A DNA stretch of 63,014 nt, the filler included, from Octopus bimaculoides (Eukaryota), in NCBI RefSeq assembly GCF_001194135.2. It is 4 parts of 4 records of this genome, joined end to end, with 100 filler letters (N's around TTAATTAATTAA, not from the genome) between each part and the next. Parts side by side here need not be neighbours in the genome. Positions count along the whole stretch, not along the records: positions 1 to 16,909 come from NC_068989.1; 3 more parts are not named here. The stretch is one strand, 5' to 3'. This document shows, in pieces, positions 1 through 10,377 of this stretch. The notes beneath the pieces were generated by a model. The model worked only from the letters and a program-made list of their open reading frames with translations, was not told the DNA's origin and did not search any database. Each line of letters starts with the position of its first letter. Position 1 is the stretch's first letter. The translations under genes and the position numbers were made by a program.

Positions 1-70
1 ATATATGCATATATATATGGAGATAGATACATACATACATACATACATACATATACATATTTATATACAT

Positions 71-792
71 ATCATGTTGGAACATGGAATGTCTTCCTAG
101 TTCTTTGATGCTTTCATCATTGTTTTCTGCAATGTCACAATAAAGCTTTGAATCCATTATTCTCTCAATAAATGTGAGTCCTCCCACACCAGCCGCACTC
201 ATGCATCCCCAAAACATAACACTTCCGCCGCCGTGTTTCACGGTAGGCACGGTGCATTTGTGTCTATTATCTTCACCTGATCGTCGCCATACTCATTTAA
301 TACCATCTGACCAAACATGTTGATTTTATTCTCGTCAGAAAAAAGATTTTTTCCCCAAAATTCCTTCCCCTTACTCACATAGGTTTCGACAAAAGAAAGA
401 TGGCTTGGTTTATGCCTGGTAGTGAGGAGAGGCTTCCTACGAGGAATGGGTCCATGAAGACCACACTGGTTCAAATTTCAGCTAACTGTTTGGGCGGATA
501 CACTCTTTCCACTAACAGAAGACACTTCTTGGGCCAAAGATGAAGCGGTACGACGCCTATCGTCCATCACGCAACGTTGAATGCGGTGAATATCACGGGT
601 AGTTAAAATAGAACGACCTGGACGATGTTTATTGCTTAACCGTCCAGTACCTTTGTACTTCTAAATTACGTTGGCAACTGTGTTTACGCTACGTATTCGT
701 TTGCTAATTAATTTAGATCCTAAATCATTCATGTGCAAAATAAAAATAATTTTCTTCAAATCTTCAGGCAATTCTTTTCCTTTTGGTGCCAT
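71..792 (-). mobile_element. Tc1-family transposase pseudogene, 3'-truncated
   Basis: Manual translation: MAPKGKELPEDLKK...GRLSNKHRPGR...HGPIPRRKPLL...FSDENKIN...PTVKHGGGSVMFWGCM...FQHD. It ends at the second catalytic Asp motif and has in-frame stops. Confidence 0.9.
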
Positions 793-1984
793 TTTAATCA
801 CAATGAAGATTTTCACCACAGTACACAAACTAGAATTCCTGCAGATACAATAACAATGTCCAGTGCAAAAATGGCAGGAGAAATAATTTATTAGAATTGA
901 AATTATCAGTAATATCTCTCTCTCTCTCTCTCTCTCTCTCCCACAGAAGTTTGTTCACCCCTAAAAAAATTCAATAAAATTGCAATTACTCTGATAGTAT
1001 TGAAGAAAATCAGACGAAATTTATACCGAATAAAATATATTATACATGCAAACATTATACATATTTGGAACACAAAACAATAAACATTTTCAAAGATATG
1101 AACGAAATATTAATTTTCGTTATGAATTGGAATTTTGCAAATGATTTGCAAATAAAACTTTGAATCACATTGAAAATCGATATTGAAACTTAAGAGAAAT
1201 GACGTATCTTAAGTACTAAACAACGATCATTACATATATCATATTTATGCATACATACATAACAATGCATTTAAAATGCTATCTGTTACAATGTGTCTTT
1301 ATGACTCGGATTTTTGCAATAGCTGGCTTATCAGGTAACGTCATGACCCAATGATCCAGCGATGCTTAAAAGTCAATCGTAATGTAAAAAAATGTAACCT
1401 CCAGCTCTGAATATATGAATAAATAAATCAATGAAGAAGTATGTATATAATTATCGGTATGTGTATTATTTTTTGCAGCTAGTGTCAACAACAACAACAT
1501 CACGTATTTAATAAGATCTTTAATGAAAAACGTGACGAGTTAAAAGAGCGATTGTAAATAATGTGCCTTATATTTCCCTCGGGTAAATATTATTACAATT
1601 CACACTTCGCCATTATAGTGCAGCTGAAATAAATAATGAAAGAAAATGAATAAACACACAAACAACATACCAACAAATCAATAGATCGTTGGCTTCTTAT
1701 CTTTTCATCTAGGCTTTTTAAACTTCTTTTTCTATTTCTCTATCATCTTCAAGTTTACAGACGACGATGTATTTAGTATATACGTGCGTGTGGAGATAGA
1801 TGTATGTATTAATAGTATATAGTATATGTACATGTGTATATATGTGTGTTTGTGCGATCATATATTATGGATTCTTCAGATGTGTATTTATTCTAACGTA
1901 TCGTACACATTGTCGTAGCTGTCTTTGAAGCTTAAGTATAAATTATATTTATTATTATCACTGTTTTTCAGGTAACTGTGTATA

Positions 1985-2020
1985 TATAAAGAGATAGTTT
2001 GGACCATACGATATTAGCAT
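1985..2020 (+). promoter_or_regulatory. Putative TATA box and initiator of the secreted Pro-rich/6-Cys peptide gene
   Basis: TATAAA at 1985-1990; Inr-like TTAGCA with its A at 2016 (+31); ATG at 2090. Confidence 0.55.
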
Positions 2021-2089
2021 TGACTACTGAAGGAAAATAAGTCCTTTCATTTCACTTCGTCATCGTCGTCTCGCAGTAAATTTGAAGAC

Positions 2090-2240
2090 ATGAAAGCAGT
2101 CATCTTAATTTTATGTGTGATAGCCATCTCTCAAACAAAGGCCTATTACTATAGACATGGTGGCTATCGCCGTATGTACAGGCCCCCGCAACCCCCTATT
2201 CCACCAATTAAACCACCACTTCCACCACCAGTTATTCCAA
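2090..2240 (+). CDS. Exon 1 of secreted Pro-rich/beta-defensin-like peptide (signal peptide + Tyr/Arg-rich + polyproline)
   Basis: MKAVILILCVIAISQTKA|YYYRHGGYRRMYRPPQPPIPPIKPPLPPPVIP (50 codons + 1 nt), followed by a CAA|GTAAGT donor at 2241 (phase 1). Confidence 0.85.
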
Positions 2241-2499
2241 GTAAGTTTTCAGCCTCGGCAACTATCTACATATTATACACACATATATACACGCATACAT
2301 ACAACACATACGCAGGCACAGACACACACACACACACATACATGTACATATATATTCATGCATCTATGCGTGTTTATATATATATNNNNNNNNNNTACAG
2401 GTACATATATATTCATGCATCTATGCGTGTTTATATATATATATATATTTGTGTGTATATATGTGAGTGTATGTATGTATGTATGTTCTCTTACTCATT

Positions 2500-3556
2500 T
2501 TAATTTAGAGTAAATTTTGACCAGCCACCTACATCATAGCAAGGTTGTGAAGGAAAGTATCTTGTTTTAACCATCATCCTTTACTTCTTAAGAAGGTTTT
2601 GCAGATTTTTATAGTTTCAGATATTGTAATCGTTTGTAGCATAGGAATTAAGGATCTGCATCTCTCCCCAAGATTCCAAGTTCAGCCATACTTTGCTGCA
2701 GACTGGGTGGTATATCCTGTTGCTCCAGCAATAATGGGTATGAAGCTGAAAGTGTATATTGGGTTCTGGATTTGCAAACTCCTTATCAATGGTCCATAAA
2801 TGTCCTCTTTTTCATGTGTCTTTATAACCACCATCGTGTCCAAAGGGCAGCTGATTTCTACAACAGAACAAGTCTTTTCTTTGTGCTCCCACACAACGAT
2901 ATCTGGCCGGTTATGTTTTAACTTAGTGGCTGTTTTCATTTTTAAGTTCCACCAAATATTCTTTTGACCTCTCGGTGTCAATATAGTCGACTTCGTTTGT
3001 ATTTTCTTTTTTGTTATACTGTTCCAGATTGTTCTGGCCACCGAATCATGCTCCATGGGATAATAATATTTGAAAGACATTTTCGCGCAGTTGACAATAA
3101 TGTGGTTGATGTCTTCGGTCTTCAGCTTTAGCCTACATTTATTGTCTGTCAACGTCTTCTGCCTTTTATGCTGTAGATGTTTGGTGGGGAAACATGTTCT
3201 AGAATTGCATGGATGTAGCATTCAAAGTGGGATATCATAAACTTGTCGTTACACCTTGTCAAGCTTTTCACATGATCAATCCCTTCTATGGTTTGTGTTT
3301 TACATGCCAAGTACCCATGTACTAGCTTATCAGTAAACTGGTCCATTTTTTTCTGTTGTTCTGATAAATAGATTTTAACAACGCTCCTTGGAGAAAGATA
3401 TGTATCAGTTCTTTTTCTATACCTCTCCTGAAGTTCATTAGCTATCTTAATTATGTTGTTGGCTTCTTGGTCATAAACTTTAGCAAGATAGTTACGGGTC
3501 ACTTTTCTCTGCAAATCGTTCTGGTTTAGTCGGCCCCAAACTATATTAGATGACAC
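2500..3556 (-). mobile_element. R4/Dong-clade non-LTR retrotransposon 3' fragment (zinc knuckle + restriction-like endonuclease)
   Basis: ORF 2682-3221: CRL...EDINHIIVNC...HDSVA...IWWN...KHNRPDIVVW...VVEISCP...EKEDIYGPL...IPIIAGATG. Confidence 0.9.
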
Positions 3557-3620
3557 TTGTCCAAGGTGTCATGCAAAGAACTATGTTCTTGGGAAACAGA
3601 CTTCTTACCACACAGCCATA
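3553..3620 (-). mobile_element. tRNA-derived SINE head fragment
   Basis: Reverse complement matches the tggctgtgtggtaagaag...accttggacaagtgt head seen at 51112 and 62686. Confidence 0.6.
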
Positions 3621-3630
3621 TATGTACGTA

Positions 3631-3880
3631 TATGTTCTCTTTCTGTTTCTAATGTAGAATAAATTTTGACTGGCCACCTACTTAGTAAGCAAGGTTGTGA
3701 AGGAGTGATGCTAAATATGTGTGGCAATGCTGCTGGGTTCATGATGAAACCAGGACTTATCTACAAGTCCGTGAACCCGAGGGCCTTCAAAAATTGGTTT
3801 CTCCAATGCTTCATCCCTCAAGCAAAAGATCATCGAGGACAAGGGATACAAGCGGGAACAGGTCTTGTTATAATCATTAT
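3631..3880 (-). mobile_element. Second short R4/Dong 3'-end fragment
   Basis: About 70 bp (3631-3703) is a diverged copy of 2482-2553, the 3' UTR side of the first R4 piece. The minus strand also reads LKALGFTDL. Confidence 0.45.
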
Positions 3881-4144
3881 CCTTTAAACATTGTATGCAT
3901 GNNNNNNNNNNNNNNNNNNNNNNNNNNNNNNNNNNNNNNNNNNNNNNNNNNNNNNNNNNNNNNNNNNNNNNNNNNNNNNNNNNNNNNNNNNNNNNNNNNN
4001 NNNNNNNNNNNNNNNNNNNNNNNNNNNNNNNNNNNNNNNNNNNNNNNNNNNNNNNNNNNNNNNNNNNNNNNNNNNNNNNNNNNNNNNNNNNNNNNNNNNN
4101 NNNNNNNNNNNNNNNATATATATATATATATATATATACATATA

Positions 4145-4250
4145 CAGTGTACCCCCGCTTATTCGCCGTTCGGCATTCGCGGTCCCGGTTATTCGCAGAA
4201 CAAATATTTGTTCGCGGAACCGTAAATATCGTTCGCAATTTTTTGAGACT
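4145..4250 (+). mobile_element. Possible pogo/Tigger-like transposon end
   Basis: TA followed by CAGTGTACCCCCGCTTATTCGC, a CpG-rich start typical of such termini. No partner end seen. Confidence 0.3.
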
Positions 4251-4283
4251 TCTTTCGTGGTAATATCTCTCTCTCCCTCTCTC

Positions 4284-4314
<31 letters not shown>

Positions 4315-4329
4315 GTATAGATTACTGTA

Positions 4330-5145
4330 TCTAGTGGTAATGCAAACTAAAATTAAAGTTGTTGTTGAGAAAAAGTTTGCTGACATGGAGGATTGGAAGG
4401 CATCTGAATATTGGGAAAGAGTAACTTGTATCATGACGATCCTCATCGGGCGTCAAAATCCCAACATCACAACTGCTGCTCAATGCTCTGTGAATACTAT
4501 AAAGGCTGTAAGGCATGACATAGACAGTTGCAACGGAAACTACGAAGTCGTGGCCAGCAGAAGGAAGCACAGCAAGCATTCTGACTGCGTCTGCAAGTCG
4601 GATATTTAACCCCACATCTTTGAACAGGACCTTAAACTCCATTCAGACGGCTATGTGAAGCTGCTGGAGACTGGTCAATCTTTGGCTTTAGGGAGTTGCT
4701 GCTAGATGGCCAAATGTGCGGCAGCAGGATTCGGCTCTTGGCCATACTTTCGAAAAGAGTCAGAAATGACTGTTGGAGAATTTCAACGATTTCACCAGTC
4801 CAAGTTTTTGACCTTCTGTTGTAATCTCATGGATTACTATGTGTGGAGCACGGTTGAGAAAGACACCAACCGCTCTACCTGCGACACCAAGACAAAGCTA
4901 GTGGCCAAGATCAAGGTGTTCGAAGACCTTCCCAGAGACACAGTGAGGAACTTATGCGCCAGGTTCCAGAGCTGTCTTGAGGTGGTGGTGCAAGCTGAGG
5001 GTGGATCATTTGAGAAAAACTGTTATCTCCCGGCCATAATCTAGTTGATACTTTATGGGTTTTTTAAATACTTGTATTTTGGGATAACATATTGTGTTTT
5101 CTTTACCTTTTATGCAAAAATGTTAAGATTAACTCGAACACCCTG
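4330..5145 (+). mobile_element. maT/mariner-like transposon remnant with internal deletion
   Basis: Fragments LHSDGYVKLLET, RQQDSALGHT, NLMDYYVWSTVEK, CARFQSCLEVVVQAEGGSFEK; right end CTCGAACACCCTG followed by TA (5146-5147). Confidence 0.8.
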
Positions 5146-5631
5146 TATACACCCCTCTCTTTTTGCTATGTACAGACCTACTTTTTATATGCAAAGTTTC
5201 TTTATTGTATTTCTGGAAGGGCGATTCTAACTGCGAATTCTGTGGTTTTGATTTATTGAGAATAATCCATGAGTGGTTTCCTTGGATACATATTGATATT
5301 CATAGTTGCTATAGTTGCTTCCATTGCTGTTGTTGTTATAGCAGATGTTGCTGCTGTTTAACCTTTATTACAATCCTAATGGCATAGACTTTTGATAAAA
5401 AGCATTCCAGCTAGTAGCAACCAGTCTTTCCAGGGGTATTTTGGACAACTGAGCACTAATCCCGATGTTAAATTCAATCAAATTAACTCAATACAATACA
5501 GTCAGGTCTTTTTTTATGCGTGAAAAGCTAATATAAATAACACGGTTTCACCCGTTGGTATTTTTGTTATATTTGGTTCTCAGAAATCTGAGTTAAATAG
5601 ATCTAACCCTTTACCTTATTCTCCCATACAG

Positions 5632-5762
5632 CCCCACTCTGCCCAGGAAATGTTGCCGGTAAATTGCTTTTCTGCTCTCCGAACTGTGCCAAACCAAACT
5701 TTGTTCCTGTAAGTGGAGTTCCTGGATGCTACCCTGGATTAACTTGTTGCACTCAAGCATAA
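5632..5762 (+). CDS. Exon 2 of secreted peptide: 6-Cys beta-defensin/big-defensin-like domain
   Basis: Acceptor ccttattctcccatacAG (5630-5631). The phase-1 join gives T-PLCPGNVAGKLLFCSPNCAKPNFVPVSGVPGCYPGLTCCTQA-stop (TAA 5760-5762); Cys spacing C-x10-C-x3-C-x13-C-x5-CC. Confidence 0.85.
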
Positions 5763-6164
5763 AAATTATGTAAGTAAAATATGTATATTTTTACATTTGG
5801 GCTGCCATGGAAACAAACCTAGTAAATTTGTTTCTCTTAATGCTTTTTCTCTTCTTTAATAAAGGTTGTATCCCGAAACTTTACATTCTCTTGTTCCTTC
5901 TATTCACATATTCTTTTTATTGTCCACTTCTATTGCTGTCGTTCAACTTCATATTTCTACTGTTTTACATTCACATGTTTTTCTCGTCTAATTCCATGTA
6001 TTATTTGTTTGTCAATTTATTGCCTTATAATCTTACTAGTTTTCTGTGATTTTTATCTACATATGTAATATAATATACATACATGTGTATGTGAAGGTGC
6101 GTGCGTGTGCGTGTGTGTGCGTATGTGTGTGCGTGTAAGTGTCAGTCTGTCTGTCTGTGTAATC

Positions 6165-6403
6165 AAAGGTCCGTTTTGAGCCATAGGCTCATACGGCCAG
6201 TTTCCCGGATTCTATGGCGTATATATTCCTCACTGGACTCAATACCCGTCCATCGCAGGATCATTCAAATTCACCAGCTAACTAAGCTGGAGCAACGTAA
6301 TATGATGTACTTTCAACAAGAACACAACGTGTCTCCCGGACCAGGAATTGAAATCACGATCTTTTGATCATGAGTGCAGCACCCTAACCACTAAGCCGTG
6401 CGC
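6165..6403 (-). mobile_element. tRNA-derived SINE
   Basis: Minus-strand head GCGCACGGCTTAGTGGTTAGGGTGCTGCACTCATGATC...ATTTCAATTCCTGG has A-box and B-box-like motifs; the body is shared with 45283-45595. Confidence 0.75.
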
Positions 6404-6410
6404 TTGTACG

Positions 6411-6474
<64 letters not shown>

Positions 6475-7373
6475 NNNNNNNNNNNNNNNNNNNNNNNNNN
6501 NNNNNNNNNNNNNNNNNNNNNNNNNNNNNNNNNNNNNNNNNNNNNNNNNNNNNNNNNNNNNNNNNNNNNNNNNNNNNNNNNNNNNNNNNNNNNNNNNNNN
6601 NNNNNNNNNNNNNNNNNNNNNNNNNNNNNNNNNNNNNNNNNNNNNNNNNNNNNNNNNNNNNNNNNNNNNNNNNNNNNNNNNNNNNNNNNNNNNNNNNNNN
6701 NNNNNNNNNNNNNNNNNNNNNNNNNNNNNNNNNNNNNNNNNNNNNNNNNNNNNNNNNNNNNNNNNNNNNNNNNNNNNNNNNNNNNNNNNNNNNNNNNNNN
6801 NNNNNNNNNNNNNNNNNNNNNNNNNNNNNNNNNNNNNNNNNNNNNNNNNNNNNNNNNNNNNNNNNNNNNNNNNNNNNNNNNNNNNNNNNNNNNNNNNNNN
6901 NNNNNNNNNNNNNNNNNNNNNNNNNNNNNNNNNNNNNNNNNNNNNNNNNNNNNNNNNNNNNNNNNNNNNNNNNNNNNNNNNNNNNNNNNNNNNNNNNNNN
7001 NNNNNNNNNNNNNNNNNNNNNNNNNNNNNNNNNNNNNNNNNNNNNNNNNNNNNNNNNNNNNNNNNNNNNNNNNNNNNNTGTGCTTGTTGCACTGCATGAC
7101 CCAGACGCCTCTCATCTTCCAGCTGCCTTACTTGTTGTTCACGTAGCTTCCGCTGTTCTTGTTCATATATGTATGCATGTATTTGTGTGTATGTGTATAT
7201 GTATTCACATTTGGGTATATGTGTGTGTATACATATGTATGTATATATGCATATGTGTGTGTATTTATATGTATGCATACGTGTGTATATATATATATAT
7301 ATATATGCGTGTATATATGTATATATATGTATGTATATATATGTATGCATATATATGTATGTATATGTGCGTA

Positions 7374-7406
<33 letters not shown>

Positions 7407-7569
7407 GTATATTTTTTGTTTGTTTATATGTAGGAAAATAACTATGTGAGCTAGCATGATCTCCCCAAGCCCGCTTCCCAAACCAATATTAAAAAATACA
7501 TTTCTTTCAACAAACATTCCAAAACTAACCTTATGTATATTTCTTTCTCTCTATTATCATCCCCTTTTT

Positions 7570-7800
7570 ATCAAAAGACATGTATCTTACACCTCATTAA
7601 CACCACCACCACCACAGGATACACACACCTAAACTCATCTTTAACATGGAAAGTTACCGAAGCTTCTCTTTATAAAATTAAGACAGTTGATTCAGCCATA
7701 AGAAAATTTGAAAAACAGCTGACCATTATATTTTTCACCAAAGGTCAACTATTCAAATGGAACCAACAGGAGGACATTTTCACAAGCCCTTCATAAAACA
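7570..7800 (+). mobile_element. Penelope-like element, degraded endonuclease C-terminus
   Basis: SSLTWKVTEASLYKIK...FEKQLTIIFFTKGQL...EDIF resembles the end of PLE GIY-YIG regions. Confidence 0.4.
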
Positions 7801-8488
7801 CTCGCCACCTCCCAACTCCACCCTCAATCAATTATCTTGTCTTTACCATTCACTGTTTTCTTTCAGCTCTTGTTCATAAAAACTCCTTCACTCACACACT
7901 TATTACTAACAAGCCCCACCTCCCACTCCAGACATCCAGATCTCTTATATGTAGAATCACACAGCACAACAAACCCTCAGATCAGTTTGACAACCGCCAC
8001 CGACGAATGCGAGAAGGTTCTCCAGAAAAGTTAACAAAGAATATTTTAAATATCTATCTCCCCACCGAAGTTAACAAAGAACTTACTAGATCTACAAGCT
8101 AAACGGTAAAATTATATTATTAGAAAATTAAACTGATTAGAACTACTAGTGAAGTCATTCTTTTCTTTTCCTTTTTGAAAGANNNNNNNNNNNNNNNNNN
8201 NNNNNNNNNNNNNNNNNNNNNNNNNNNNNNNNNNNNNNNNNNNNNNNNNNNNNNNNNNNNNNNNNNNNNNNNNNNNNNNNNNNNNNNNNNNNNNNNNNNN
8301 NNNNNNNNNNNNNNNNNNNNNNNNNNNNNNNNNNNNNNNNNNNNNNNNNNNNNNNNNNNNNNNNNNNNNNNNNNNNNNNNNNNNNNNNNNNNNNNNNNNN
8401 NNNNNNNNNNNNNNNNNNNNNNNNNNNNNNNNNNNNNNNNNNNNNNNNNNNNNNNNNNNNNNNNNNNNNNNATACACATAAAATATAA

Positions 8489-10078
8489 ATGAGTAACAGG
8501 AAGATACAGGTGTCAATCCATTACGGCCGTTTCCAACGACTCCTTTGATTAATGAAAACATTACATTTGTGTAAAGAAACCGTTTTCGTCAGAAGAATTC
8601 ATAAACTTCGGAATAAAGGACATTCAGAATGATTTAACATAGTTTAAAACCCACGGAGCAAAAACGTTCACATTGATTCTGCTACTATTTCAGTTGGCAG
8701 AATGGATTTACCAGAATAGTGTATATTTGGTCAGAACAGAGAAAATTAGGGGTTAGTAGAGGGAAGGAATAATTTACTCTAGTGATCCAGATACCTATAC
8801 TTCTAACAAGAAAGGAGGGTGCGGCTTCAATAGTCCAGATCTATTTATTAAGAAGTTGTTTAATGCCTACTGGTCAGTGGTAAGAAAATGAATTGTGCTC
8901 AGGTCAACCTACTAAATAATCAAGGTCGTATGTGATGGAACCAATACACAGGTTTTATCTCTGCAAATGGGCAAGGCAGAGGAAGTGAGGGATTGGAAAG
9001 GGATGATAAAGAGAATGAAAAAAGAACGCAAGCTGATCCAACCGTTATTAATTACCATATTAGTGAAGGAAGACTTTGAAAGATAATGGAATAAGGGTTA
9101 TATGGGAAAACCCTAAACTATGAGTGGGAAACATTGCTTTGGGATAAAATGGACTACTAAAATTTAGCATAGTTACAATATTATAGTAATACAATAAATT
9201 AGAAATTAAACATGGGTAAAGAAAATTATAAGTGTACTTGAAATTGTAAGAAAAAGAGATACATTAAGATATGAGATATAAGAAAACTAAAATTCAAAGA
9301 AATGTAGAGTATATAAATAATAATAGGGTAAGCATGAAGATATATAAAATTTATAAAAAGAGCTGCCAATAAAATAAAAGTAAAATATTATTTGAACATA
9401 TGCCTTAGATCCGGGAGGCTGACGATAAGACATATTAAAACTTAGGCATTAAATATAAGGTAATTAATTTAAAATTATTTAAAATATATAAAGGAGTGTA
9501 TTCAGATACAAAAGTTTAAAATTTAAAAACTTAAGCTTGTAAAGGAATATAATATATATAAAAATATAAAATATACAACGAGATATGCAAAAAAAATATA
9601 TAAAAAGATTTTAAAATATATTAAAAAATTATTCTAAAAATTATAAAAAGGTAAAAATATATAAAAATTATAAAACGGTTATTAATAAAAATAAAACAAT
9701 AAAAATAAAAATAACAAAAGAATAATAACAATAAAATTAAAAACGAAAATAAAGGGTTTATATATTATATACAATAAAAAATATATAAAAGAATAAAGGA
9801 CCTAAAGGGAGATTGAAATCTGATATTATTACTAACCAAAATAAAAAATATAGTCAAAAAAATATACCTAAGTTTTTATGCGAAAAGTATAAATCCACTA
9901 AAAATAAAAATACAAAATATTTTATATCAACTATATATGAAAGTTATTAGTCTTGAACCGAGATAGATACATGACGAAAACGGTTTCTTTACAAAGATGT
10001 AATGTTTACATTAATTAATCAAAGGAGTCGCTGGAAACGGCCGTAATGGATTGAGACCTGTACCTTTCTGTTACTCAT
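8489..10078. repeat. Inverted repeat, ~105-bp arms (8489-8591 / 9972-10078) around a 1.4-kb A-rich interior
   Basis: ATGAGTAACAGGAAGATACAGGTGTCAATCCATTACGGCCGTTTCCAACGACTCCTTTGATTAAT...GAAACCGTTTTCGTCA is matched by the reverse complement of 9972-10078. Confidence 0.85.
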
Positions 10079-10332
10079 ATTTTATTTACCTATCTCGGAA
10101 TCTGCCCTTCGTAAATATTATGGACAGTATATTTGATATAAAGTACATGTCTGAATAGCTAAGAGCGGATTTCTTCACTCAACTAGGTCTAACTGACTAG
10201 ACACACTGCAATAATATCATTCAGCAAGTACTTATGTACCAAGTTTGATATTTAATTAATATTTTTGTGTGTGTATATTATTCCAACCTAGCGAAGTGCC
10301 TTAATTTAAGAGTCTAATTCAACTGAATCTTA

Positions 10333-10377
<45 letters not shown>

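Noticed and set aside
1100-1980. Immune-type promoter motifs upstream of the peptide gene (TTTGCAAATGATTTGCAAA palindrome near 1134, partial kappaB-like strings)
   Set aside because: No full GGGRNNYYCC match found; short AT-rich motifs are expected by chance.
2241-2503. C-terminal part of ORF 2090-2503 (SKFSASATIYILYTH...)
   Set aside because: Read-through into intron 1; microsatellite-derived after the GTAAGT donor.
2482-3703. ~70-bp direct repeat suggesting LTRs or a large TSD
   Set aside because: Better explained as the shared 3' UTR of two R4/Dong fragments; no TG...CA ends or PBS.
5163-5387. Cys-rich ORF (CYSCFHCCCCYSRCCCC)
   Set aside because: Low-complexity (TGT/TGC/GTT) run without signal peptide or splice context.
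10015-10045. Possible Penelope hammerhead ribozyme cores (also near 15915 and 47090-47110)
   Set aside because: No site shows both CUGANGA and GAAA with flanking stems; at best degenerate.
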